Assembly: GCA_016182185.1 (NCBI GenBank)
Contig: JACOXU010000001.1
Location: forward strand, 530,915 to 594,914
Reading direction: 5' to 3'
Length of the DNA: 64,000 nucleotides
DNA from: Candidatus Levyibacteriota bacterium
GTDB taxonomy: Bacteria; Patescibacteriota; Microgenomatia; Levybacterales; UBA12049
Both the position numbers and the translations under genes were made by a program. Below the pieces are notes generated by a model. That model did not search any database, was not told where the DNA came from, and saw only the letters and a list, made by a program, of their open reading frames with translations. The stretch's first letter is position 1. Every line of letters starts with the position of its first letter. Of the stretch, positions 35,809-44,978 are shown piece by piece.

Positions 35809-37377
35809 TTATTCCCACTCCATTGTGGCCGGTGGTTTGGTAGTTATATCGTAGACCACGCGAGACACGCCTTGGACTTCATTTACAATTCTTGATGAAA
35901 TCCTCTGAAGTACCTCATATGGAATCTTTGCCCATGAAGAAGTCATGACATCATTTGATTCAACCACGCGAAGGGCAATAACTTCTCCAAAAACTCTTCC
36001 GTCGCCTTTTACTGCAGTTGAAAAAGCATTGGTTAAAACGGGAAAAGAGAGAAATACTTTTTCCAATATTTTTGCCTTTTTAAGTTCCTCAAGAATTATA
36101 TTATCTGCTTTTTTCTGCTTTTTAAGCCTTGTTTCTGTTACTTCTCCACGGATGCGTATGGCAAAACCCGGGCCCGGAAAGGGCTGTTTTTCTGTAAATT
36201 CTGAAGGAAGATCAAGCCTTCTTCCGATTTCTCTGACTTCATCTTTATAATAATTTCTTACCGGCTCCAAAAGTTTTAATTTCATATTTTTAGGAAGCCC
36301 TCCAACATTATGATGACTTTTTATTCTTGCCGCGTGAATTGCTCCTTTATCCCCCTTCGCTAAAGCTTCGGCGGGACTCCGCTGGGCTCCGCTTTCTATC
36401 ACATCTGAGTAAATTGTTCCCTGAAGAAGAAATTCGGCCTTTATCTTTTGCTTCTTAAGTCTTTTCATCTCTCTCTCGAATATTTTTATATAAGACTTCC
36501 CTATCAATACCCGCTTCTTTTCGGGATCTGATACGCCTTTTAATTTTTTGAGTGTTTCTTTTTGGGCATTTATTATTCTAAGTTTTATATTGATATGAGC
36601 AAAAATTTTCTTAAGGTGCTCTCTAGTTCCGTCTCTCATAAGTCCGTTATCAACGTATACAGGAATAAATTTTCTTCCTATTGCCTTGGCTGTTAGGACT
36701 GAAGCGACAGTTGAATCAACTCCTCCTGAAACTGCTCCGATAACATAGGTCTTCCCGACTTTTTCTTTTATCTCTTTTTCTATTTTTTTGATATCCAAAA
36801 CGTGATTTTGGATTTTCATATCGCACATATAAATAAAATTTTTAAAGATTTCCTTGCCGAACTCGGTATGTTCAACTTCAGGGTGAAATTGAACGCCAAA
36901 GATTTTTTTCTTAAAATCTGCGGCAAAAGCAAACGGAACATGTTCGGTGGAGCCTATTATCTTAAATCCCTTGGGAAGTTTTATTATCTCATCGCCGTGG
37001 CTCATCCAAACCCTAAAAGATTTTGACAAACCATCTGTAATTTTGAATTTTGAATTTTGAATTTTGAATTGACTCGGTCCGTACTCTTTCTTACCATTTA
37101 TAACCTTCCCTCCTAAAAGGAGAGCAGCCAGTTGAAATCCATAGCAAATTCCAAGCATGGGAATATCAAGAGAAAAAATTTGAGAATCAATTGTGGGTGC
37201 GTTTTTTGCATATACAGATGAGGGACCGCCTGAGAGAATTATTCCTTTATTAGTTTTTTTATTTATTTTTCTCACTATCCCCTCAGGCGGAAGAATTTTA
37301 TATGAAATTCCAAGTTCTTTTAGACGGCGAGAAATAAGATGGGTAGTTTGTGATCCAAAATCAATTATTGCAATCAT
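35809..37377 (-). CDS. guaA: GMP synthase (glutamine-hydrolysing)
   Basis: N-terminal class I glutamine amidotransferase (GICYGFQL catalytic Cys), ATP pyrophosphatase SGGVDSTV P-loop, and the C-terminal dimerisation domain ending KPPATMEWE. Confidence 0.95.
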   Translation of the reverse strand: MIAIIDFGSQTTHLISRRLKELGISYKILPPEGIVRKINKKTNKGIILSGGPSSVYAKNAPTIDSQIFSLDIPMLGICYGFQLAALLLGGKVINGKKEYGPSQFKIQNSKFKITDGLSKSFRVWMSHGDEIIKLPKGFKIIGSTEHVPFAFAADFKKKIFGVQFHPEVEHTEFGKEIFKNFIYMCDMKIQNHVLDIKKIEKEIKEKVGKTYVIGAVSGGVDSTVASVLTAKAIGRKFIPVYVDNGLMRDGTREHLKKIFAHINIKLRIINAQKETLKKLKGVSDPEKKRVLIGKSYIKIFEREMKRLKKQKIKAEFLLQGTIYSDVIESGAQRSPAEALAKGDKGAIHAARIKSHHNVGGLPKNMKLKLLEPVRNYYKDEVREIGRRLDLPSEFTEKQPFPGPGFAIRIRGEVTETRLKKQKKADNIILEELKKAKILEKVFLSFPVLTNAFSTAVKGDGRVFGEVIALRVVESNDVMTSSWAKIPYEVLQRISSRIVNEVQGVSRVVYDITTKPPATMEWE

Positions 37378-38523
37378 TTAATAATTTTTACCGCTATTGG
37401 TGATCAAAATGCTATGAGGATGACTTTCCTGAAGTGACGATTGGGTAATTTGAATAAATTTTGCTTTTTGCCAAAGTCCTTTAATATTTTTTGCTCCAAC
37501 ATAATACATTCCAGACTTTATTCCTCCAATCGATTGATCAATTAGCTCTTTAACAGTTCCTTTTATCGGCACGAGACCTTCTACGCCCTCTGCAATAAGC
37601 GTTCTCTCTTTGTAACTTTTTCCATGGAATTCATCTTCTGATTTTACCCTGGCGCCCTTCTCCATCGCAGAAACTGAACCCATGCCTCTATATTCTTTAA
37701 ATCTGAAAGTCTGATGTTTTTTATTAAAGACACTTTGAAATCTATGGGGCACCTGGTCTCTTCTTAGAAGAACTGTTTTGCCGGGAGATTCTATGGTTTG
37801 GGCAAAAAATCCTCCCATCATACATGAAGATGCGCCGGCCGCCAAGGCTTTCATCATATCCCCTGAGTATCTTATTCCCCCATCGGCAATCAAAGGAATC
37901 TGGGCCTTTCTGGCAATTTTAGAAATTTCAAGTAAAGCTGTTATCTGTGGGACGCCCATACCTGAAATTATTCTGGTTGTGCAGATTGCGCCCGGTCCCA
38001 TGCCGACCCTGAGCCCATCTGCCCCAGCCGAAATTAAAGCTTTTGCACCTTCTGACGTTGCGATGTTTCCAGAAATTACATTGATTTTTGGAAATTTTTT
38101 TTTAATAAAAATTGTTGCGTCAATGACTCCTTTTGAAAAACCGTGCGCCGAGTCAACTACAATTACATCTGCCCCTGCCTTAACTATTGCCTCTGCTCTT
38201 TTCTGATAGCTCTGGCCAGAGCCTACTGCCGCACCCACCAATAATTTTTGAGTTTTTACTTTTTTGACTTCTTTTGCCTGATTTTCCGCGGAAAGATTTC
38301 TATGAATTATGCCTATTCCGCCTAATTTTGCAAGAGCAATCGCAAGTTTTGCTTCAGTAACTGTATCCATAGGAGCAGAAACAAAGGGAATTTGTAATTT
38401 TATATGTTTCGTTAGATTTGTAGATAAATCTATGTCTTGTCTTGAGAAATCAGAGTAACCGGGGAGAAGTAAAACATCATCGAAGGTAAGACCGATTGGT
38501 AGTGCAGATTTTTGAGGCTCCAT
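37378..38523 (-). CDS. guaB: IMP dehydrogenase lacking the CBS (Bateman) subdomain
   Basis: LTFDDVLLLPGYSDF...SAPMDTVTE..GGIGIIHRN, catalytic loop GMGPGAICTTR, and a flap present. Only 381 aa: the sequence runs from ...AKEVKKVK straight into the barrel, with no CBS pair. Confidence 0.8.
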   Translation of the reverse strand: MEPQKSALPIGLTFDDVLLLPGYSDFSRQDIDLSTNLTKHIKLQIPFVSAPMDTVTEAKLAIALAKLGGIGIIHRNLSAENQAKEVKKVKTQKLLVGAAVGSGQSYQKRAEAIVKAGADVIVVDSAHGFSKGVIDATIFIKKKFPKINVISGNIATSEGAKALISAGADGLRVGMGPGAICTTRIISGMGVPQITALLEISKIARKAQIPLIADGGIRYSGDMMKALAAGASSCMMGGFFAQTIESPGKTVLLRRDQVPHRFQSVFNKKHQTFRFKEYRGMGSVSAMEKGARVKSEDEFHGKSYKERTLIAEGVEGLVPIKGTVKELIDQSIGGIKSGMYYVGAKNIKGLWQKAKFIQITQSSLQESHPHSILITNSGKNY

Positions 38524-38562
38524 AATTAACTATATATGGAAACAGGATAATTGTCAAGACAA

Positions 38563-39225
38563 TTAGGAGGCGACTGATAAATTTCTCACCTGCTCTCTTA
38601 ATGGCTCTGATAATCCTTGTTTTAAACTGAACTCTCCGAAGGCAGATTCATAACCAGACTCGCTAAGTATTTTCATTCCCTCCTGAACAGTCCCGCACTC
38701 GAATAAATCTTTGTCCAATTGATCTCTTAGTACTTTTGATCCCAATTGATATTTTACTTCCTTGAAAAAAAGCATATCTATATTTCCATTTCCTTTCATG
38801 ACTCCTATTATTCCAATAGGTCCATTTTTCGATTCCTCTGGGTGCACCCTTTGAAGATCGGCAATACTTGGTATAAAAGAATCAACCATATGATAGCCGC
38901 CTATTGTTGGAGGATGGAAATGAAAATCTATTACAGGAACATTTTCTTCTTCCAACTGTTTATCAATCTCTTTTCTGGTTTCATCATCCTGCTCCAAGCT
39001 ATTTATTGACATTACTTTTTCTTCCACTATAGATACGTCTTTTGTTTCAGAATCCATAAAAACAATAAATCCTGCTTCAAATGGTTCCTCTAATTTTTCC
39101 AGTTTATCGTGTAGTCTTTTTATGGATTCCTTGAAAAGTTTAGAATCAATTAATCTTGCGATTTCTTCTCCTGTAAGTAACGGCCTTTGAGACGGCTTAA
39201 TCTCCGGAGACGTGGTCCCTTCCAT
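38563..39225 (-). CDS. hypothetical protein with JAMM/MPN-like motif variant
   Basis: 220 aa. VIDFHFHPPTIGGYHMVD resembles the JAMM motif HxHPx6Sx2D, with His in place of the Ser. Otherwise unrecognised. Confidence 0.35.
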   Translation of the reverse strand: MEGTTSPEIKPSQRPLLTGEEIARLIDSKLFKESIKRLHDKLEKLEEPFEAGFIVFMDSETKDVSIVEEKVMSINSLEQDDETRKEIDKQLEEENVPVIDFHFHPPTIGGYHMVDSFIPSIADLQRVHPEESKNGPIGIIGVMKGNGNIDMLFFKEVKYQLGSKVLRDQLDKDLFECGTVQEGMKILSESGYESAFGEFSLKQGLSEPLREQVRNLSVAS

Positions 39226-39265
39226 GGGCTTATTATACCACCCGACTTAGTGGTAATATAAATAT

Positions 39266-40798
39266 ATGTTGGCAAAGGTTAATTCAGCGGCGATTGTCGG
39301 GCTTGATGCAGTACCGGTTGAGGTTGAAGTTGATATCGCATCCCAAGGACTTCCTTCATTTACCATTGTCGGACTTCCCGATAAAGCAGTTGAGGAGTCA
39401 AAAGAAAGAGTAAGAAGTGCGATCAAAAACTCAGGGGCTGATTTTCCCGCAAAAAGAATAACTGTCAATCTGGCACCAGCTGATTTGCCCAAAGAAGGAC
39501 CGTCCTATGATCTGCCGATTGCACTTGGAATTCTTCTTGCTTCAGAGCAACTCAAGACAGACATTAATGACTCAATTTTTACAGGAGAGCTGTCTTTGGA
39601 TGGAAGACTTAGGCATACCAATGGTATACTGCCACAGGCGATCATGGCCAAAGGAAAGAAAATTAAGAAAATTTTTCTACCTGCCATAAATGCCAAAGAA
39701 GCAGCAATTTTAAAAGGCATTCAAGTTTTCCCTGTTCCTACCCTACTCTCGCTTTTTTATCACCTGAATGGACAAGAGAAAATAATTTCTCAAAGACATA
39801 TAAATATTAATTCTCTTTTCAAAGAAGAATTTTTTGATCTTGATATGAATGAGATAAAAGGACAGGAGCAGGCCAAAAGAGCACTTGAGATTGCCGCAGC
39901 AGGATCACATAACATTTTGTTTAAAGGTCCTCCGGGTGCAGGAAAAACCCTTCTTGCCCGAACCCTTCCCTCTATTCTTCCCAGACTAACATTTGAAGAG
40001 GCACTTGAAGTCACAAAAATTTACAGCATCTCAGGACTCTTAGATAATAAATCTTTAATCATTAAAAGATCTTTCCGTTCTCCTCACCATACCACCTCTC
40101 ATATTGGCCTCATCGGTGGAGGCCAAGTGCCAAAACCTGGGGAAATCTCACTTTCTCACCGCGGTGTTTTATTTTTGGACGAGTTTCCTGAATTTCCCAG
40201 ACATGTTCTTGAAGCTCTAAGACAACCTATGGAGGATGGAAACGTGACTATTTCAAGATCATCAGGCAGAATAAATTTCCCTGCTAAATTTATGCTGGTC
40301 GCAGCCCAAAATCCTTGTCCATGTGGATATCTTGGGGATAATACTCATGAATGCAAGTGCAGTGCTTCTCAAATCATTAAATATCAAAAGAGAATTTCAG
40401 GTCCTATGCTTGATCGAATTGATATCCATCTTGACGTTCCGCCAGTCAAAATAGAAAAACTTACTACAAATGAAAACAAAGTAAAAACAGAAAACTCAAG
40501 AGAAATACGAAAAAGAGTCCAGAAGGCACGTGATGTTCAGACTAAAAGATTTAAGGAACGCAAGATTACAACAAATTCTGAGATGGGGAATAAGGATCTT
40601 AAGGAATTTTGTGAACTTTCAAAGGAATGCATAGATCTTCTTCGCCTTGCGGTTTCTAAGATGAAACTATCAGCCCGCTCATATCATAGAACCATAAAAC
40701 TCTCAAGAACCATTGCCGATCTTGAAGCTTCAAAAAATATTAAAGTCAATCATATCGCAGAAGCCTTGCAGTACAGACCCAAACGAGAAGCAATATAA
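39266..40798 (+). CDS. YifB/ComM family Mg-chelatase-like AAA+ ATPase
   Basis: N-terminal Lon-protease-like domain (AAIVGLDAVPVEVEVDI), Walker A GPPGAGKT, ChlI-type sensor regions, and a C-terminal Mg_chelatase_C domain. Confidence 0.85.
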   Translation: MLAKVNSAAIVGLDAVPVEVEVDIASQGLPSFTIVGLPDKAVEESKERVRSAIKNSGADFPAKRITVNLAPADLPKEGPSYDLPIALGILLASEQLKTDINDSIFTGELSLDGRLRHTNGILPQAIMAKGKKIKKIFLPAINAKEAAILKGIQVFPVPTLLSLFYHLNGQEKIISQRHININSLFKEEFFDLDMNEIKGQEQAKRALEIAAAGSHNILFKGPPGAGKTLLARTLPSILPRLTFEEALEVTKIYSISGLLDNKSLIIKRSFRSPHHTTSHIGLIGGGQVPKPGEISLSHRGVLFLDEFPEFPRHVLEALRQPMEDGNVTISRSSGRINFPAKFMLVAAQNPCPCGYLGDNTHECKCSASQIIKYQKRISGPMLDRIDIHLDVPPVKIEKLTTNENKVKTENSREIRKRVQKARDVQTKRFKERKITTNSEMGNKDLKEFCELSKECIDLLRLAVSKMKLSARSYHRTIKLSRTIADLEASKNIKVNHIAEALQYRPKREAI

Positions 40799-40822
40799 AA
40801 CCCTGTGTTACAATAATTATTA

Positions 40823-43192
40823 ATGGAAAAGGGACTAAGCAGTCATGAAGTAAATCAGCTTCTTGCAGTTCATGGAAAGAATGAGATAACAGCGAAAAGA
40901 TCTTTTTCCCCGTTTATTCTTTTTCTGTCTCAATTCCCTTCATTTCTTAATGGCATACTATTCCTAGCTGCAATTTTTTCATTTTTTATCAGTGACGTTT
41001 TAGACGCAGTATTTATCCTGGCAATTCTTCTTCTTAATGGAACCGTAGGTTTTATTCAGGAATATAATGCCGAAAAGTCGCTTGAAAAGCTCAAGAATTA
41101 CGTATTGCCTCTCTCAAGAGTGCTCCGTAATGGAAAAGAAGAGGAAATACCTACTTCAGATATAGTACCGGGTGATATTGTAATTCTTTCCGAAGGAGAT
41201 CGAATTCCTGCAGACGGAGTACTTGTCCATCATGAAGACCTGGAAGTTGATGAATCTATTCTAACGGGTGAATCTCTTCCGGTTGCCAAAGAGCAAAATG
41301 CCGAGGTTTTTGGAGGAACTCTTGTCCTAAAAGGTAAAGGTCATTTGAAAATTCAGAAAACAGGGATGAAGACACATTTTGGCCAAATTGCCGAAACACT
41401 CTCTACTCTTTCTCCCGATAAAACCCCGCTTAATCACCGGCTAAATGTCTTAGGAAAAATAATCTCATTTATTGCCATCCTGGCTGCCTTGTCAATCATT
41501 CCAATTGGCCTTTCGCAAAACAGAGAGCTTTTTCCTTTAATTCTTTTATCTATAAGCATTACGGTTGCGGCAGTTCCACAAAGTCTTCCGACCGTAATTA
41601 CGATTGCACTTGCTATTGGAACAACAAGAATGGCCAAAAAGAATGCGATAGTCAGAAAAATGCATGCTGTTGAAACACTCGGATCGATTCAGGTTTTGTT
41701 GGTTGATAAGACCGGTACGCTGACTGAAAACTCAATGAGAGTGAAAAAATACTGGATTCAGGATAAGAAAAAATTTGAATCTCTCTTGCGCGCCTGTATT
41801 TTTGGTAACACTGCTTCTCTTGCCCAAAAAGGATCGCAGGATAAATATGACATCATAGGAGATAGAACTGACGGTGCTTTGCTTCTTTGGGCAAAAAGTC
41901 ACGCAAAAAATCTTAACACACTTAAAGATGGGGGCGAAATTACTGATGAATTCGTTTTTGATCCGGAACAAAAAACAATAACTACAGTTTGGGAAGAACA
42001 TGGAAAAAAATATGTTTTCGTCAGAGGAGCTCCTGAAGCAATAATCGAAGAAAGCGAATTGTCTGAAAAAGAAAAAACCAAAATAACCAAATTTTATGAA
42101 GACTATGCTTCGAATGGACTTCGTGTCATTGCCTTTGGGGAAAAACTTGAAAAACACAAAGGAAGTGTGAAACGAGATCATTTGGAAAAAAATTTAGACT
42201 TCCTTGGTTTTGTCGGAATTTACGATCCTCCAAGAGATGAAGCAAGAGAAGCAGTGCTTAAGGCAAGAAACGCAGGCATCACAACGATTATGGTAACAGG
42301 GGACAATGAAAAAACAGCTCTTTCTATTGCAAAAGACGTTGGTATCCTTGAAAAAGATGAAGATGTTATTACGGGAGAGGAGCTTGAAAAACTAAATGAT
42401 GATGAAGTAGCCAAAATTATTGACCATGTGAGGGTCTTTGCCAGAAGCAGACCCGAAGATAAACTGCGTCTTGTAACGATTCTAAAGAAAAAGGGGTATG
42501 TTGTCGGCGTTACCGGAGACGGAGTCAATGACTCTCTTGCTCTTAAGAGAGCAGATGTTGGAGTTTCGATGGGACAAACCGGAACAGATGTAGCTAAAGA
42601 AGCCAGTGATATAGTTCTTGCGGATGATAATTTTTCAACTCTTGTATCGGCTGTTGAAGAAGGAAGAATTATTTATCATAACATATTAAAAGCAATCACT
42701 TATCTTCTCTCGGGAAATTTATCAGAACTGTCTCTTATTGTTTTTGCGACACTTTTGGGATTGCCTAGTCCTCTTATACCAACTCAAATATTATGGATCA
42801 ATTTAATAACCGATGGTCTTCCGGCTCTTGCTCTTGCTTCCGATAATAAAGATCCGGATCTTATCAAAGATGGTCCTCGGAATCCTAAAACCCCTATTCT
42901 CTCTAAAAAACGAAGTATATTCATAGCGCTTGTCGGCTTGTCCTTGTCTTTTTTCCTGCTTTCCGTTTTTTATTTAATTATAAATCTGGGAAAATCAGAA
43001 ATGCTAGCCCGAACCGTAGTATTTAATCTTTTGATTTTTTCACATATGGGATTGGCGTTTGTGGTCAGAGGAAAATCACTCTTTAAATTCAATCCTTTTC
43101 TGGTGTGGGGAGTGTTTGGAATAATTATTCTACAGATAATTATTACATTTACTCCGTTTTTTCAAGATATATTTCATTTGGGATTTAAATAG
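40823..43192 (+). CDS. cation-transporting P-type ATPase (type IIA, Ca2+/Mg2+-type)
   Basis: TGES, DKTGTLT (phosphorylation site), TGDN, and GDGVNDSLALKRADVGVSMG motifs. Nine predicted TM helices. The protein ends (…FFQDIFHLGFK*) where the tenth helix of homologs would begin. Confidence 0.9.
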   Translation: MEKGLSSHEVNQLLAVHGKNEITAKRSFSPFILFLSQFPSFLNGILFLAAIFSFFISDVLDAVFILAILLLNGTVGFIQEYNAEKSLEKLKNYVLPLSRVLRNGKEEEIPTSDIVPGDIVILSEGDRIPADGVLVHHEDLEVDESILTGESLPVAKEQNAEVFGGTLVLKGKGHLKIQKTGMKTHFGQIAETLSTLSPDKTPLNHRLNVLGKIISFIAILAALSIIPIGLSQNRELFPLILLSISITVAAVPQSLPTVITIALAIGTTRMAKKNAIVRKMHAVETLGSIQVLLVDKTGTLTENSMRVKKYWIQDKKKFESLLRACIFGNTASLAQKGSQDKYDIIGDRTDGALLLWAKSHAKNLNTLKDGGEITDEFVFDPEQKTITTVWEEHGKKYVFVRGAPEAIIEESELSEKEKTKITKFYEDYASNGLRVIAFGEKLEKHKGSVKRDHLEKNLDFLGFVGIYDPPRDEAREAVLKARNAGITTIMVTGDNEKTALSIAKDVGILEKDEDVITGEELEKLNDDEVAKIIDHVRVFARSRPEDKLRLVTILKKKGYVVGVTGDGVNDSLALKRADVGVSMGQTGTDVAKEASDIVLADDNFSTLVSAVEEGRIIYHNILKAITYLLSGNLSELSLIVFATLLGLPSPLIPTQILWINLITDGLPALALASDNKDPDLIKDGPRNPKTPILSKKRSIFIALVGLSLSFFLLSVFYLIINLGKSEMLARTVVFNLLIFSHMGLAFVVRGKSLFKFNPFLVWGVFGIIILQIIITFTPFFQDIFHLGFK

Positions 43193-43223
43193 AATTGATA
43201 CTTTTGTATGATATAATCTCGCC
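43193..43223 (+). promoter_or_regulatory. leaderless-type promoter (extended -10 TGATATAAT, 7 nt before ATG) of the LAGLIDADG gene
   Basis: The sequence is ttgtaTGATATAATctcgccATG. The same TGATATAAT-N6-8-ATG arrangement precedes the accessory genes at 44.3-47.3 kb. Confidence 0.4.
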
Positions 43224-44003
43224 ATGATTGAATACCAAACGCCAATTAGAAAAACCCCTGATGTCAAAGAAAAAATCCCAGACATGTATGACGTGGCTTG
43301 GCTTTCGGGAATCTTTGAAACAGGAGGATCAATAGGCTTCTCAATTGAAACATGGCCGAATAGACCTAATTATGAATCGGCCTATCCTTATCTTTCTCGC
43401 AATGATTCTCATGATAGGACAACCGTCCTGAAAGATCTTTTTGGTGGTAGAAGTCAAATTCAAAAAATAAATTCATGGAGATGGGAGTTAAAGGGGCCCA
43501 ACGCAATCGAAACTGCGCTTAGCATGGACTTGTTCTCCCCCTCCCGAAGAAGCGTCATTGAGATGTTCAGAGAATTTGACAGAGAAGATTTAATGAGTAA
43601 GAAAGTTAAGCTCACAAAAGAATTTAGACAAAATGGAATCCGCAGAAATCCTGTATGTGAAGATGAATATTTTCGTCTTCTCCAATATCCTGCATTTACG
43701 GCCGGCATATTTGATGCAATCGGAACAGTTGACAATGCGCCCTACGCACCTCTAAGAACCCAGTTTGAAAGCACTAATCAACCCCTTCTTAATGCAATGA
43801 GAGAAAGATTTGGAGGCTCAACTTATATCAGGGTGAAACCGGGAACTCAAGTCAGATTAAGAGAAGCAAAATGGGTCACTGTAAATCCGTCTCTTGAACT
43901 GACATTGGCAGCAGAAAAAAGTCAAGAGTTGCTTGAGTTAATTTCTTCCCATCTTCAGATGAATAGAACAAGAGTTGAAGATGCACTGAATGGATTAAAA
44001 TAG
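43224..44003 (+). CDS. free-standing double-motif LAGLIDADG homing endonuclease
   Basis: Two dodecapeptide motifs: VAWLSGIFETGGSIGF and PAFTAGIFDAIGTVDN (pattern L-[AS]-G-[FI]-[FI]-[DE]-x-x-G-[ST]). Size 259 aa. Not embedded in an intron or intein that I can see. Confidence 0.6.
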   Translation: MIEYQTPIRKTPDVKEKIPDMYDVAWLSGIFETGGSIGFSIETWPNRPNYESAYPYLSRNDSHDRTTVLKDLFGGRSQIQKINSWRWELKGPNAIETALSMDLFSPSRRSVIEMFREFDREDLMSKKVKLTKEFRQNGIRRNPVCEDEYFRLLQYPAFTAGIFDAIGTVDNAPYAPLRTQFESTNQPLLNAMRERFGGSTYIRVKPGTQVRLREAKWVTVNPSLELTLAAEKSQELLELISSHLQMNRTRVEDALNGLK

Positions 44004-44324
44004 TTTGCCACCGAGGGGGGTATCTCTTTCAGGAATTATGAGAATTGCTTTGCCTTCTTCATCCGGAAATCCCAAAGTGAGCACTTCGGAAACTGCCGGA
44101 CCCATTTGAAAGGGAGGAAAATTTACCACACCTGCTACTAATTTTCCTATTAGATCTTCTTTTTTATAATGAGTAAACTGGCCAATTGATTGTTTAATCC
44201 CGATTTCAGAACCAAAATCAATCTTCATTTTGTAAGAGGGTTTTCGAGCGGCAGGGTAATCCTCAACTTCCAGAATCTTGCCGACTCTTATGTCTAACTT
44301 TTTAAAATCATCAATCGTTGTCAT
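43995..44324 (-). CDS. csaA: tRNA-binding protein CsaA/Trbp111 (EMAP/MetRS C-terminal-like OB fold)
   Basis: MTTIDDFKKLDIRVGKILEVEDYPAARKPSYKMKIDFG...IGKLVAGVVNFPP is the tRNA_bind domain signature. Start taken at the Met that begins the domain (the track ORF is 16 codons longer). Confidence 0.75.
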   Translation of the reverse strand: MTTIDDFKKLDIRVGKILEVEDYPAARKPSYKMKIDFGSEIGIKQSIGQFTHYKKEDLIGKLVAGVVNFPPFQMGPAVSEVLTLGFPDEEGKAILIIPERDTPLGGKLF

Positions 44325-44331
44325 AAAAAAA

Positions 44332-44937
44332 TTATACCAGAGGCTCCGTTCCCGGTCTTTTGAAAAATGCAATTACTTCGTCATCTGATCTTTTTATCGA
44401 CTCTACTTCTGAAAAACCGAGTTCCGAAAGTACCTTACCTGTCCAAGTTAGCCTAGCTGCTTCCTCAGGCCCTAACCCTTCTTGGAGTAATTTTTGGAAT
44501 TCCTGGTAATTATCTGAACCCCATTCATTTCCTTCAGTCAAAATCCATTTTGCTTCAAATCTTACGACAGGATAACCCTCATTTTTGAAATGATTTAAGG
44601 CAAAAACCAGAAAATTTCTGGCAAAAAAATCAGGATGCCTTTCTCCGGTTTGTTTTCTGGTGTAAATATCCGCACTAGCAGTTTTTCCATGAACATTTGC
44701 CTGCATGGTAAATGCCGGCTCATCCTCGTCATATATTCTTATCCAAGCGGTGTTGCTTCTTTGAACCATGTCTGCCATAACTTTTCTCCCGGAACCTGTT
44801 TCAATCCTTCCTTTTCTAAAATGTGATTCTTTTTCATGTAGATTTAAGCCGTACTTACCCCGAACAAAAGGATAAGGGACCAACGGACGATTTGATTCCT
44901 GGGGTTTTGAAACTTCCTTTGATTCTTCTCCATCCAT
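44332..44937 (-). CDS. unknown-family protein, paralog A of a three-member local family
   Basis: 201 aa. Shares with 44979..45521 and 46708..47292: YPY[VI]xGKxG near the N-terminus, TGERHPDxFARxFLxFA, and [DP]EEAA+xTWTGKxxxELGFSE[VI]E near the C-terminus. The start codon lies 6 nt after a TATAAT. Confidence 0.5.
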   Translation of the reverse strand: MDGEESKEVSKPQESNRPLVPYPFVRGKYGLNLHEKESHFRKGRIETGSGRKVMADMVQRSNTAWIRIYDEDEPAFTMQANVHGKTASADIYTRKQTGERHPDFFARNFLVFALNHFKNEGYPVVRFEAKWILTEGNEWGSDNYQEFQKLLQEGLGPEEAARLTWTGKVLSELGFSEVESIKRSDDEVIAFFKRPGTEPLV

Positions 44938-44958
44938 GGGGCAATTATATCAGAAGAG
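44938..44958 (-). promoter_or_regulatory. repeated 21-nt promoter element, copy 1 (gene sense CTCTTCTGATATAATTGCCCC, extended -10)
   Basis: Plus-strand ggggcaattatatcagaagag. Near-identical copies at 45561..45582 and 46000..46020. TATAAT is 6 nt from the ATG of paralog A. Confidence 0.5.
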
Positions 44959-44978
44959 CGGAAGGGAATTTAAAAAAT

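Noticed and set aside
35798-35816. Hairpin tgggaat-ttgtt-attccca at the guaA stop as an intrinsic terminator
   Set aside because: The stem overlaps the last codons and is not followed by a clear U-tract on the transcript.
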